DNA of 56,516 bases, filler included, from Sphacelaria rigidula (GCA_964200075.2; 7 parts of 7 records of this genome joined end to end with filler, not necessarily neighbours in it); one strand, 5' to 3'. Counted from the first letter of the whole stretch, positions 12,263 to 25,624 are shown. Notes: generated by a model from the letters alone, not told the origin. Numbers and translations are program-made.

Positions 12263-15200
12263 TCACATTATGCTCATGACGAAATTTCGGTGAAACGTGA
12301 AAAGCTCCGTCGGTAATACCTTGGCATGGAAATCGGAATGCTGATACTGCGAGGCTACATGGATGATCGAAATTTCCTTCCTTGCTACTAGTTCCCTGAT
12401 AAAGTGATGCCGCACGTCAATGTACTTGGAATTGGAGTTCGTCAGAGGGTTCTGTGCAATCTGGATAGCCTCCTGATTATCCTCATACACTGGGATGCAC
12501 GACATCACCACATCTGGTAACATAGAACGCCACGCCTGTCTCAAAATAATACCTCCTTGACGACATCAGTAATCGCTACATACTCGGCCTCTGATGTAGA
12601 TAGCGTTACACATTTTTGCGTCCTAGAGAACCATGACACACATCCACCCCCACACATCATCAATCGCCCGGACACCGACCACCTATCAGCTGCTTTGCTT
12701 GCGTAGTCGGCGTCCGCGAACACTTGAAAGCTCAATCCAGGTACGCTATCTCTGTAGAAAGTAATGCCTAGTGAACTTGTACGCTTCACATATCCCAGAA
12801 TACCAAGGGCAGTGCGCCAATGAATCAGGTTTGGGGACGCACAATACCTCGCTACTGCACGTACTGCATTAGATATGTCTGGCCTTGTTTGAGTTGCCAA
12901 CCACATCAGTGATCCTACCAACTTCCGGAATGGAAACCTCGTCGTCTCTTCTTGCCCATTGAATTTTTCATGTTTCACACTCGCACTCATTGGAATACTC
13001 CTTCCCCACTTTACTCCGTACTCCTTTGCCAACTCTTCCGCGTACGTCTGTTGTGATATCTTGATAGTCCCTCTTTCGATGTCCCTCTCATAGTACAATC
13101 TAGAATACCAACGCAACTCTCCAAGATTCTTCACCGGAGCCATCCTGTTAAGCTCTATCCCAAATCTGTCATACCTATCCTTATCTCCCACCGCAAAGAT
13201 ATCGTCTACATATACCACGATGGTGATTGTCACCTCACTATCCTCCATCAGTCGAAACACACATGAGTCCACTAAGCATTGATCAAATCCCAGAGCTCTC
13301 AAACACTTTGCCAAGTGGTTGTGCCATTGCCTACTTCCTTGTTTCAACCCGTACAGTGAACGATTGATTCTTACTATCTTGCCGGACAAACTACCACAAC
13401 CAGGCGGCAAGAGCATGAACACGTTTTCTTCCAACTCGGACTGTACAAAAGCCTGTACAATGTCAAAATGACGCAATGCAAGATTCTGCTCACAAGCCAT
13501 AGCTGCCAACAAACGCACACTCGAAACAGCTACGGTGGGAGAATACAGTTCTCCAAAATCTATCTCCGCTCTCTGCATACCCCCTCTTGCTACCAATCTA
13601 GACTTCATCTTCGTGGGCCAGCCAAACTCATCTACCTTCCAATTATATACCCACTTCGCATGAATATAGTTTTCAACTGACTGCTACTTGGCTGCATCTA
13701 TAGTCGCCGCATCCTTCAAGCCTGAAAATTCACAGTCCATGGAATCCTCCCAAAGATCGCCATACTTGGAGTTCACCGCTTCCTTGTAACTCTTGGGGAC
13801 CTGCAACTCCTTCGCCGGGCACTGCGGGAGCTCAGGCGGGTTGTACGGCGGGCGTTCTTCACGCATAGCGATCTCGATGTCTTCCCTCGTGGCCAGCCTC
13901 CCAGCATCGCGCATTGATATACCTTCTCGCCTCCCCGATCCGACACCCTTGTGTTGCCTCCCTACATCCACAACGCCACGCGTGAGAAGAGCAGACAGCC
14001 GAGACTGCGTGTCCATCTGCGTCATCAGTCCCATGTGGTGGTGCATGAGAGCTGTCTTGTTGGAGTTTCCCGCGTTGTACTGCGCGGTCCTCGAACGCGT
14101 GCGTCCAGGCTGCCGGGAATCGTCCTCCAGGCCCAATTCCTTCATAACCCTCAAAGGCACAGGCAATGGTGCCGAGGAGATCGGCGAGGGCCCCGGAGTG
14201 TCGGTGAAAATCGGGGGCGAAGACGATGTCGACGGCGGCGGCGGTGGCGGCGGCGATTGCTGGGGAGTCGAAGGTGTCGATGACGACGGCTGCTGCGGCG
14301 GCGACTGCTGATGGCTCGAAGGCGTTGGCGTCGGGAGCTGCTGGTTACTCGGTTGCGACGGCGGTGGCGGTTGCTGAAGCTCCACTACGATTGAGGAAGG
14401 GAGCGCCGGCGGCTGAGGCGGTGCGTCAACGGCAATCGCACCTTCCCCCCCCCTTCCGGCGAGTGGCGTCGCGGCCGATTGTAGGGGTGCACGCGGGACA
14501 GTCCACACGACGTTGTTCGTGTAACACACAGCACCGGTTGCAGCCTTGACGGTCGTAGAAGAGTGGTTGCTGCCATTGTTGAGAAAGTGACAAGCAACAG
14601 ACTGCACCTCCGACTTGTGTCGGCGATTCACTCGCATCATGCCCGGTTTGAGGAAAGGCACAATTTGCAAGGGCGGAGCTTTCCCGGTGAAGACTTGACA
14701 CGGCGAAGTCCGGCCCGGGTTAGCAGTGGTAGCGGATCTGTTGAAGCCGTCTGCCGCCCAGACCGCAGCCTCCAACCATAGTCGCTCCAGATCCTCCCCG
14801 AGGTGAGGAATGTCACCGATCCCGGCACCCGGAAATAGGCAACGGGCCTCCAGTCGCGCGGCATGCCCCGCCTTCAGCACGCGCCAGATCGCGTTCTCGG
14901 CAACTGCGTCTTGCTTCGGGGTGTCGGGAGCGGTGTACTCCCGGCGGATGCGAGATTCATCACAGAAAGCAATGAAGGATCCAGAAGTGAAATAACTCAC
15001 CGCCGTTGTCCATGCGGAAGCACTGCGGAGCACCGATCACGCGCACGTCGGCGATGCAACGCTTGACCTTCGCGAGCGTGTCGACCTTGCTGGATAGCCC
15101 GTACACTATATTGAAACGGGACTTACTATCCACGCATGCCAGCATGTACGTGGAGCCACCAAGAGTACGGGGATGAGGGCCGGTGAGGTCCAGATGCACC

Positions 15201-15526
15201 CTGCCGAGGATGGTCGTCGCACGCAGACTCAACCACCGTGGGATGCCAGCCCTTCGATCCTAAGCCTCCAAACACCCTGAACAACGCTGCAGTATCCCAG
15301 TGAGGGTGATACCCTGTTGTTTTGCAGTGTCTCGCAATAGGGCTTCATGTGCGTGGGCGAGGGAGACATGGAAAAAATTAATATCCACTTCGCGGATGGG
15401 TTTCCCGACTGTGAGGGGGCGTGCCTTGGGGGCAAGTACGGCAAGGACCATGCTATCGTCTCCTGTACTATGAAAATCATCCCTTCTAAAAAAACGCGGA
15501 AAAAACTTGATACGGCGTCTCATCAT
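12263..15526 (-). pseudogene. Copia pol (integrase, RT, RNase H) with several frameshifts/stops
   Basis: ORFs 15260-15526, 14960-15232, 13684-15033, 12541-13608 and 12263-12544 tile one pol polyprotein across frameshifts and stops. Confidence 0.93.
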
Positions 15527-15699
15527 ATCCTGCCATCAACTGTTCGTCTTCAAAGACACTAAGGTCCGGCAAAAGAAGTTATACTCCTACAAGACCTGAG
15601 GGAATCCTGGCGGGTACTGGAGAAGCAGAGGAGGTAGACACAAAGCGTACTCCGGGGGGCGAAGGTACTATATTCCTTGTGGGAGTATGCGGGAAGCTC

Positions 15700-16077
15700 G
15701 CACTGGGGAATAACATCACTTCTGTACTGTTTTGTGAATGAGGAGGGCCATCTTCAGCAGGGGAAACGTCCACAGTACTGTTACGCGAAGCAAATTGGAC
15801 ACTGATACCTTGGGGGATAGTTACAGTACTGTTAGGCGTAGCAGACGGCACGTCAAGACCAGGAGAAGCATATACCGTACTGTTGTGAGGAGCAGGCGAC
15901 ACACCGACACGTGGGGGAACACCTACAGTACTGTGGGATGAAACAGAGGGAACGCCAACACCAGGAGAAGCATATACCGTACTGTTGTGAGGAGCAGGCG
16001 ACACACCGACACGTGGGGGAGCACCTACAGTACTGTGGGATGAAACGGAGGGAACGCCAACACCAGGAGAAGCATAT
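15700..16077 (-). repeat. 51-bp (17-codon) tandem repeat with a 102-bp higher-order period, upstream of the copia integrase
   Basis: CCAGGAGAAGCATAT at 15859, 15961 and 16063; translation repeats (N/H)STVxxxPxxxV. Confidence 0.9.
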
Positions 16078-16177
16078 NNNNNNNNNNNNNNNNNNNNNNN
16101 NNNNNNNNNNNNNNNNNNNNNTTAATTAATTAANNNNNNNNNNNNNNNNNNNNNNNNNNNNNNNNNNNNNNNNNNNN
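16078..16177. other. Artificial contig linker
   Basis: N44-TTAATTAATTAA-N44. Confidence 0.98.
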
Positions 16178-16250
16178 GCTCCGTCCCGGCTTTGTAGGGA
16201 TGGGCGGTCAATGGTCTTTATGACTATGGCATGCATGATCATGGGTACAC
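16178..16250 (+). mobile_element. LINE family B 3'-end fragment at contig start
   Basis: GCTCCGTCCCGGCTTTGTAGGGATGGGCGGTCAATGGTCTTTATGACTATGGCATGCATGATCATGGGTACA followed by CCCTCCCCC; homologous to 28516-28790, 32153-32192 and 32993-33197. Confidence 0.8.
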
Positions 16251-17778
16251 CCTCCCCCATCATGTCGTCACACGTGGTTTTAGCCGGCCTTCTGGGCCCG
16301 CGGCATCGCGGTCTGTTGTCGGCCACGACGGTACTGACTATACTGCATCCTCATCACTGCTAACTCTCTTTTGTGCTTTACAATCATGTTACTACAACAG
16401 TGTTACTACAGCTGCCTGTCGTGCTGTTGTCCTGGGTGACCTGTGTCGATCGGCACCCGTACACAGTGCACACACTGCCCACTGGCTGACCAGGCCTGGC
16501 GTATGTTGTGGTACACACGGGGCAGCCGGTACCACGACAGAGAATTGATGAGGTACGAGGAGGAAGATGGCCAAATGCTCTACACGCAGCAACTGAGAAC
16601 CAAACGGTTATATACCTTGTGGGTGCAATCCCATGTGTCCCCATCCTCTGCCGTGGTATTTGCGCGTCGGTTCAGAGGGCATATCTCGGCATCTGGTCGT
16701 GGCTCCTGAGAACTCGATGCTGAACGCATTTATTTCTCGTCCAGCTCTAGCATTGTTCTGACCTCTAGAAGCTAACGAACGGGGGGGAAAGCGCGGATCA
16801 AGGGTACCCATGACTAGGTATCTCAGAAGCGATACTTCTCAAACTAAGAAGTCGGCAAAACGGCGAGGTCCAGTACGCATATCAATGAGTTATTTTCGAC
16901 GACACAGCAGCTGTATCACCTCATTATCCAGAAAAGGAGAAGAGAAAATGTCTCGGTGCTGCCTGGGCTTTGAAATACCAATTCTTGGCAGAGAAGACAC
17001 CCGTGAGAACTCCGTAGTTTGTCCCAAAACGTTGTTTGCGATACCTGGGCGCTGTCTGGACTGAGAACATCCGTATTGGCTTGGGAAACAGCGGGGAAAA
17101 TCCATTCTTGATCCCGAAATAAATGCGGAATGTCCGGATTTTGCCCAAAAACTCGGTGGGGGGGCAGGGGGGGTTGTGGCTCCCAGCAGAAAAATTACGT
17201 GCCCTCTTGCCTAGACTAACATATGGCAGAACATTGTAATATTGTTGAGCTCTCTGCAGCGGATGGAGCTTGTGCAGAACGGTTATACCCGCCAAAAATT
17301 CAATCGGTACAAAAATAATGAAGAACTGTGAAGGAGTAAGTGAGGCCAGTTCATCTTCTCATAGCGACCCGTACTAAAATATGGTACAGGCATCGGAGCC
17401 CTGCAGACATCTCTTGCTATTGATAGGGTACTTTGCAGTATAGCTGTCGATACGCTATGAAGTATAGCTCAACGCACACTACACCAACCCTGCCAGTAGA
17501 GGCTGTTTGCACCCAACGCAGTATGTCCCGTCTGTAGCGATGCTTGTCGGGGCTTGTGTTTCGGGTGAATCCTGACGTAGAAACCGGTGGTGACATCTTC
17601 ACCCAATGCGTCATTACTCCGTCGTGTGAACGCCTGTTTCTGCCGGACGTGCCTGATGGTAATAGATTCCATAGAGCACACTACATATTACCTGATTCAT
17701 GTTTCGCATGTTCTGACCAAAATCGTTAAACCCACTCCAGAGTGTATCTCGGTTATTTTCCCCTTGCGCAGACAGCAG

Positions 17779-20700
17779 AGCCGGGCCAGGATTTATTGCT
17801 GCATCGATGGGCTGCCTTGACAAAGTTAGGACACACGGTCCCAGCGGCCGCAACCCTGCGGAAGCTTAAGAGTATGCCTCTCGATGAGGGGATTCAGGAC
17901 GAGATGGATGTGTTGGAGAAAACTTTTTCTGCCGAGTCAGAACGGGACGGTGAGTATTTGTGCTTCACACCTAGTTGGGCATGGTTGTCACAAAACGCGG
18001 CGCTATTGTTTGTAGGCGGAAAGGCAATACGACAATGTGCAGTGTACCTCATGCGTACAGGGCTGGCTGTAGTGGGCTGTGCTGTTGGATGCTTTCTCCT
18101 CAGCGCCTTCCGCGCAGGGTGTACGCTTTCAGTTCTACACACGATGATCAGCATAAATGAAGAGCCATCGCTTTTCTCCGTTCGCTGGGAACTGAACGCT
18201 CCGGACGTCGTTATTGTTATTATTATCTCCGCACATAAATCCGATCTCGCGAACCCGGGGTCACAGACGTAGGCTCGTCTTTCCAATACCGTCCCTGCTA
18301 TTCCTTACAAGACATATTACAAAAAGAAAAGAAAAAGAGACGCCACAAAAACATGTGAGAAGTAGCTCCACAGAGTTCAACGGGGAGAAAAGAGGAGAAA
18401 AAGAAAAGAACAAACACACAAAAAACAACAGCTAGACCTAATGAATTCTATTCCGTGAAAGAGAGAGGGGTTATCGCCAGCTAGCGTGCACACTTCGAAC
18501 TCGCCTTATAACTGGCTGTATATTGAAGCGACGAAACTGGAGATTCTCAAACGAATATCTCCCTCTTCTAGTGGACACGCCTACGGCACGGTAGTGAGCA
18601 CTACCCGGTGGTGCATGCCGTACCGCATACAACCGTCTATATTCTCTTACAATGGCAGTAACACAAAACTTGAAGCCTAAACACGGGAACGCTGATATCC
18701 GAAAGTCAGGTCTACGTAATGGTCGGGTTTCTCACCACCAATATATTGTAATGTTAACCTAGCTGATTCCACTAAAACCTGTGTTGGTGCCAATGCCCCT
18801 TCAGGCGCCAGGCAAGGGCGCAGCCCGAACCAAAATGCCCCCGCGTCTCCCGTCCCCCGCCCCCTGGCTGGTGAGGGAACTCCGCCCGAGACGCCGTCGA
18901 AGACGGAAAAAAACACGCACTTTAGCTCCTCCGTTCAAGTAAGCTGTATGCTCATAATGGACCACCACAGTGCCGTGCTTAACAAGCACAATCTTGATTT
19001 TTGCCGACAAAAAGCGCCAACGGAAGAGAAGGACCAAGTACCAATCGCTGTGGTATGCCGTCAACGTTCTTGACTACTCGACAAAAAAATGCGTTGTGAG
19101 AAACAAAACGTTGTCGCGGACCTGTGCAATTTCTCTGACCGACGGCTACAGGTTACAGTATTCCGCGACAAAAACAGCGCTGTTTGGGCGTCAGGAAAAT
19201 GTATTACATGCTAGTTACCAAATAATGTAGATGGCATGTAAAATTCACTCGTTCCCGGAAGATACGCGGCAGGGGCCTGCCGTTTTGTTTTGTTTTTCAC
19301 GGACCCATGCCCACACTAAATATATTGGCCTAGCCTTTCTTTTGTTCGCGTTGTCTCTTGATTTTTTTTCGTTTTATTCTCTCGTTTTGTGGCGTAATCA
19401 GTTTACTGTGCTTCTCTCCTCTGTTTCCATATTTCCATTTTTTGTAGAGTTTCCTGTACCAAATGTTTCCGTTCATCGACCTTGCCTTCGTCCAATCGTT
19501 CATTTTGTGACCATGACTGGATGCGTAGAAGATCACTTGATGAGCGGCAAGAACCCGACCCCTGTGAAAATGCCTAGTACAGGTATGAGATTTGCACTGC
19601 CCACACTTCTTCCGCTGAAGCAGGAAGGGGTCCCGGTTCCACATACTTGTTCAAGTAGGTTTTAGCAACTATGATAGTTACAGCGCGATAACTTGGCACT
19701 TGCTGTGAGTTGCATCAAGTGGTTCGGTTCCGTGGAAAGCTCTGCACAAGAGATACAAGTCCTTGTATCGCCCTAGGGCTTGGCTCTTGGTGTTGGAGGT
19801 GATGTACCCCTTACCTCCTTATTCGAGCTGCCGGTAATAGGTGCTCACGCGCAACACCACTCCAGATTTCAATCGCCTCTCATGGCCATGTCGTATGCTT
19901 GGGTAACAGAATCACGGGTGTTTTCAGAATGGAATAACTCTAAAATCGTGGTGCGTTACACACCGAATGCCAGTCTCATGAAGCGCATTACTTCGGATAC
20001 ACTTTGGCTCTGCGAAATCAGCTGAGAATTCTTTCACGCTATTTTCGTGAAAAATCGTCGAACCACCGACCAGAGCCGCCGCCGAATGGACAACTTCCAG
20101 CTCGGAATCCGAATTTCAAATGCGGTGAAGGTCGTCCTTCAACCGGGAAACAGTAATCATCAGCACAACATGAACGAAATGTCGCACTCGGTTCTTACCT
20201 TTTAATAGTCAGAAATTGAGCAGAGTACCCCCAACGAAGATTGTGCTTCGGAAGGGGGGGGAAGTCGTGAAAGAGGAGCAGCGCGCTGTTGGCGTTTTTA
20301 CCAGGCTTCGCGGCTTCTTGCAGAAGCTAGCACCCCCAACTGCTGTGTGAAGAAGGCTGCTTCGCAGCCGCAAACACACGGGCCACCCGCACCTCGCCGT
20401 GGCACACGTTTGTGGCGAGCGCGCATACGGCTGAGACGAAGTCGGTGCTCGCCGCCAGTGTACAGCAGGCACAGCGTGATGTTGATAGTACTACAACACA
20501 ACATCAAGTTGACAAGGATACGGACTGGTACGGCGAATTAGACTACCCAGATCTCCGGGTAATTCATGACTATCTGTGAATGTAGAGGTCGGCACTACAT
20601 GGCACCGTGAAAAACCTCCACAGTCACAGTTTTTTATTGGCCCTGTACATGACAAGGCCCACACCCTTCCTGCGACAGTCACTGAGCTTCCTAGGGAATC

Positions 20701-23563
20701 GCTATACCATGCGTGTATTCGGTGGATAATGACAATGATGGGGATGGTATTACGTTCATACATTGGTGCGGCTGATTACCGATAGCAGTATGTTTTGTTA
20801 TAAAATACAGTCCGAATGGAAGCCGAACCTCTGCAAGTGATACTTCGATACTTTGCAAACTGTTGGATGGATCGTGAGCAGGAACATATGTATTTTGTTC
20901 TCATGCACAACTGTTTACACTTTTGAACAGCACGAAAAGTAGCACCCAATTTTCATTATGGTAATATTTTCACTTGATGATTTTCGCAGAGGCCATCTCA
21001 AAGTGCGAGCAGTTGCGGAAGGAAGGCAATGAGATGATGAAGATGCAGAAGAAGGAAGATGCCATCATTTACTACACAGCAGCCCTCAAGGCTTACCCGT
21101 GTGACGTGAAAGCGTCAAACAACCGGGCGCAGGTACGTTGAAGTTAGGTGAGTTCGTGGCACAAGTGTTGATGGTTGCCATGCCTTGCTGCTGCGGGGAA
21201 AGTAGTAACAAGGAGTACCCGCAATGCAAAGTACCAAAGGCCTTCTGAGAAACTTCGATGTTCGCGTGTCGGTGGTTTCTCAGGCTAACCTGGATCTCAA
21301 GAGGTTCGAAGAAGCAGAGCGAGATGCGTCCGTGGCTCTTCGGTATGAACCGGAAAACTCGAAGGCCAGATACCGACGAGCAAGAGCACGATTCCAGAGG
21401 CAGCAGCCCAACATTCACGGCGCGTGCGCAGATCTTGTTACAGTTGTAAAAAAGGATCCGACTCAGAAAGAGGCAAGGCGTATGGCGGTGGTACCACGAG
21501 TCGACGGTGTCACAGGTGTTGGAAGCACAATGTTTTGGTAAACCTAGGAAGATTGTCGAGTGGGGGACATTGTTCCACCCTTGAATCCGTCGTGACTCGC
21601 TTTACTCTTGCATTGTTCCACCCTTGTGAGGGTACGAGTTTTGGGTCGCTGTGATATTGACTATGACCAGGACGAGTTAAGTGTGTAGTGAATGGTCCAA
21701 GGGCATCGGGAGGAAACACACTTGGAGGGACCCTCATGGAGCTATTGCTTCGTTCACTGTGCGTGCTTCTCATCGGTCCCCATGACCTTTTTCAGGCAAT
21801 ACAGCTGCTCTTTGACCTCGTCGAGAAGTATGCTGGAGGCAGCACTGTTGGGAACGACAAGGTGTGTACACACATGTTGGTCGCCGGCTCACCAGCTAAT
21901 GAGCGTTTGCGTTGGTATTCCCGCACCTTGTTGAGGGCGGCGTGTTGATGCGCGTTATGAAAATGCGATGCAAGTGCTTTTTGTCGATGTCTAGTCGGTG
22001 GTGCAGAGTCGGCGCCTGATGATGCCGAAGTTGTTGACGTCGTGTTGCCTCGCGCTTCACGCAACGCATGCGTGCCGCAATCTGAGGGTCAGTATCCCAG
22101 ATGCCGCAGGGTTGTTGAGCTTGCTCCTCTGTGTCGAATTTCAGTCAACAGGCGCTGCTGTCCACGGCCACGTCAGCTTCCCTGATGGAACCGAGCCGGG
22201 GGATCACATCTTGGCAGACGAAGAGAAGATTGCACACGACAAGGAGGTAAGCTGTGCACTCTTTGAGAAAACACGCCCCAACACTGAAGAAATCGCCCCA
22301 GGTGTGTGTGGAGGCCTAATGCCACCGCCTCGAGTAGAGTTTTTCATTGTCCCAACACCAGCCGGCAGCCCCGTACCACGGTGACCTTAATTTCTTCGAT
22401 AGTTTGTTATTTATTGTTATGAACCGGTATCGTGCGATGACCACCCAACCAACATGCGCCCATGAAACTAAAAAAGCGACGGATTTGTGCAGTCTTGAGC
22501 ACCACCTGGATCTGCGACCACCGAACAGGTCGAGGCTATGCATCCCCATAGTGCTAAAACTCACTGGCCAACGGGGAAGAGGCGAGCAGGGCTGGTTATC
22601 CTGGAAGAGGATGATGGAGATGGCAATGAGTGTTCGTGGTGTCCAGTCGTCGAGAGCAACGAACAGGGGTTAGAGCAGGTGTCACATGCTTACGGATTGC
22701 GCGGCGAAAAATTTCACGATGGAAAAGAAGCAAAGGAGGCTTTGGCAGCGTTCGCTCGAGGCGCCGTCACTTATCCAATGAACTCGTTTTGCTGGATGGG
22801 TTTAGCGAAGGTCAGTCCACCTCGGGAAGAAAAGGCGCACAACTGGTTGCGCTCGGTTTATTCACTCGAACCTGTCCAAACTTGATTAGTTGGGTTCTTG
22901 AAAAAAGAGATGCACAACACCCTTTGCTCGTATCCCCAGGCTGGCGTTTTCTTGTGCTAATTTCTTCGTGTTGGATTCCGGGAAGCACTGCTGCCAAAAA
23001 CGATTCTGCACGCTAGTTTGCGCAGCATGTGCTACAGCTCTCCCATCAGTTGGAAAACCCTCGATTACTGATTCAAAATGGTTTCGTTGGCCGTTGCAGG
23101 TTCACCGGGTTCTTCAAAACTACACCGAGAGCAAGGAGGCCGCGTATCGAGCCATCAAAGTCGACGCGGGTCCGTTTCCTGCTCTTTCTCTGGCGCTCTC
23201 TTCATTTCACGCGGATGCAGATACATTGAGCAGGGATGAACGACTAGCCAATCTGCGACACGCGACGCAGCGTGTAGAAAACAGTCGCAATGTGAGAACG
23301 GCACTGCACATTGCGTGGGCATACTATACTACTACACGTCAAATATTGTATTATAGTCGCAACAACTCGGTTGCAAGCAACGTGTGCCGAGGAGAGTACG
23401 TCCCGACAAGAAGCAACGGCACTGCAAGAATTGCTATATTTACTAAACCATCAGTGTCTTTCTCCCCTCCACACGTGCGCGTCCTTGCCAGATCACTCCG
23501 CTTGAACAAGGACAAGAATCAATCTTGAACGAGGCAATCGCCGTTCTACACGGGCACGATTAA
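17779..23563 (+). CDS. Multi-exon tetratricopeptide-repeat (TPR) protein, 5' end unresolved. Exons 17779-17949, 20990-21132, 21284-21472, 21796-21861, 22145-22246, 22529-22810, 23100-23291, 23492-23563 (possible extra exon 17538-17658)
   Basis: Splice sites are phase-compatible. Spliced text EQLRKEGNEMMKMQKKEDAIIYYTAALKAYPCDVKASNNRAQ-ANLDLKRFEEAERDASVALRYEPENSKARYRRARA is a classic three-TPR block. Stop TAA at 23561-23563. Confidence 0.82.
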
Positions 23564-23825
23564 TACGGGGATGACAGCCAACTGTGTGGAGGGATGATGT
23601 TATGACGGTTGACACCCGCATGTGGACCACGCTTTTGAAAACCTTCCAGCTCAGGGCTATGTATGATACTACGTCGACCCCAGCTTCGGATCCAAGAGCT
23701 CGGAACGTTGACCACGCCTTGATTGTTGTGGAGGTTTCCCGATGTCCGCTTGGGCCGGACCCGCAGACTTTCAGCGAGCATCATCACCCAAAGGATTGTC
23801 CTTCTCAAGACTCCTGTTCAAGCGT

Positions 23826-23940
23826 TTACCGCTTCTTGCCCTTGCCCTTGGCCCCGACTCCCCCCTTTCCTTTTTGCGCCGGCTTGGGCTTGGGTTTAGC
23901 CTTGGAACTAGCATTCGGGTTTGGGATGACGCTGAAGAAG
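23826..23940 (-). CDS. Probable terminal exon of a convergent gene (Lys/Gly-rich tail ...KAKPKPKPAQKGKGGVGAKGKGKKR*)
   Basis: CAG acceptor at 23943-23941 (minus), open frame to TAA at 23828-23826; the rest of the gene would lie beyond the contig end. Confidence 0.55.
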
Positions 23941-24165
23941 CTGCATGAGTGACGAATGGTTGGCACAGGGAAAATAGTCATAGTTTTCGTCAGGCTGTCG
24001 TATTGAGGTTGCTCTTGGGAATGATCACGATTAACATGTGCATTTTCACCTGGTGGCAGTCTATTCTTTATTTTCTGCGAAGTATTGTTCCAAACGAGCG
24101 CGGTATTCACCAAAAACAGTGTTTTCGTGAGATTGAGAGTAGATGATACGATTGAGAGTGAAAAG

Positions 24166-24265
24166 NNNNNNNNNNNNNNNNNNNNNNNNNNNNNNNNNNN
24201 NNNNNNNNNTTAATTAATTAANNNNNNNNNNNNNNNNNNNNNNNNNNNNNNNNNNNNNNNNNNNN
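24166..24265. other. Artificial contig linker
   Basis: N44-TTAATTAATTAA-N44. Confidence 0.98.
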
Positions 24266-24284
24266 CAACGAGTGCGCCATGCGG

Positions 24285-24318
<34 letters not shown>

Positions 24319-24339
24319 TGACTTGCTGGCACAAGAATG

Positions 24340-24514
24340 CATACCTTGAATAATATGTGGTCGATGGTTCCAACTGATAAGAAATGTACTGCTTGACGTA
24401 TAGGCTTATTGCGACTATTGTCGACCCGGCCGACAATAGTCGCAATAGGCCTATACTTCAAGCAGTACATTTCTTGTCTGTTGCAACTAACTACCATGTA
24501 TTGTTCGAGGTGTG
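24340..24514. mobile_element. Foldback MITE (CACACCCTGGACAATAT family)
   Basis: Near-complete palindrome centred on GTCG-ACCCGGC-CGAC; termini similar to 25625-26093, 25916-26056, 26572-26738 and 29596-29764. Confidence 0.85.
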
Positions 24515-24732
24515 TGTGCAAAAATTCAAGGGAGCGGTGCCGCGGTAGCGGGCGTTGAAAAAATAGTGTCCGGTTCGAAATTTTAGGAGCGCTTCATCTC
24601 ACCCAACAAATACTTCATCGAATATATCAAACATGAGAAAGCACGCCACGATTAGCATTCCAACGGGCTAAATAGGGACATTATCTCGAATGTATTTTAT
24701 GAAACTGGAATGTCCTGAGCCATACTCTCGTG

Positions 24733-25274
24733 TATAGCACTGGGCGCCTGAACTTTTGATTGTTCAGAAAGGTTATTTTTCTCGCAAATACGCTACTAAA
24801 GAACTCAAGAATACCAGCGTCGGTAAATTTTGGTCAAATAATCAGATGGTATTTCTCCCCCAGTGCCACCTTTAGTGCCATTTGGTCTTATCGTGCGATA
24901 CGAGTAGATACCCCGTTTATCGGGAGGGTGTTATCGACCGTAAAACAGAGTTATTAGGCTCTAGTGCAATGAGTGGGGAGAATTTCAAACAAACAATCCT
25001 GTACATTTCTTGACATATACGATCGGGACAGGCTCGATCATTCGGAAATACCGAAGGGTCAGGATCTGGGCTGAAAGGCGGCGGGACCCCCGATGACCGA
25101 TCAGCCCGAAAGTCACTCGATTTTGGGTACAGATATTTTTTTCTTGGAATGTGGAGCAGATAAAATTATCTTTACATCCTCAATGTGATGAGCGGTGGGA
25201 AGCGAAAGAACTCAACAAAATCCCCAATTACGAAGAAATTGCCAATATGAACAGTTCAGGCGCCCAATATTATA
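24733..25274. mobile_element. TIR element/MITE
   Basis: Inverted termini TATAGCACTGGGCGCCTGAACT / AGTTCAGGCGCCCAATATTATA. Confidence 0.6.
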
Positions 25275-25624
25275 GTTTCCTAACTTGGGGAGCTCAATGA
25301 GAAATTCCAGGGCCCGAATGCGCAACCCCTACCGTGGCGTGACTGGAGGGTCAGTAAAGGAAAAAATGTTCTTGATATTACTTGTTTTTAGTGTTGTTGG
25401 TTCGTCCCGAACGAATCAACCCCTTGGCGTTTGTTTTCAGCGTTGCACTGCACCCCAGGTACGGACACCCCAGGCCTGGATGCGGAGTAGTAGCGCAAAA
25501 TTTGCGGAGACTTTTTCGATCCGCTGTCAATTTTTTCATCTCTTGCCCGAGCAATCAGGTCTCGGAAATCCTACATTTGGTGATTCGAACCCAGCGATGA
25601 TTCGCCCGACCCTTAGAAAGAAAG

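Larger units (their letters stand above)
11223..16077 (-). mobile_element. Ty1/copia LTR retrotransposon, frameshifted; 5' half cut off by the contig end
   Basis: Domain order integrase-RT-RNaseH on the minus strand: HHCC (HVSLAH..CSGC), VHLDLTGP, MDNGGE, RT KSRLVARG / SLYGLKQ / YVDD, RNaseH ADADYA / STSEAEY / KYIDVRHHFIRE. Confidence 0.96.

Noticed and set aside
24286-24317. Long G homopolymers (also 37530-37548, 37680-37714) as functional G-quadruplexes
   Set aside because: They sit beside contig ends or an N gap, so their lengths are unreliable, and there is no independent evidence of function.
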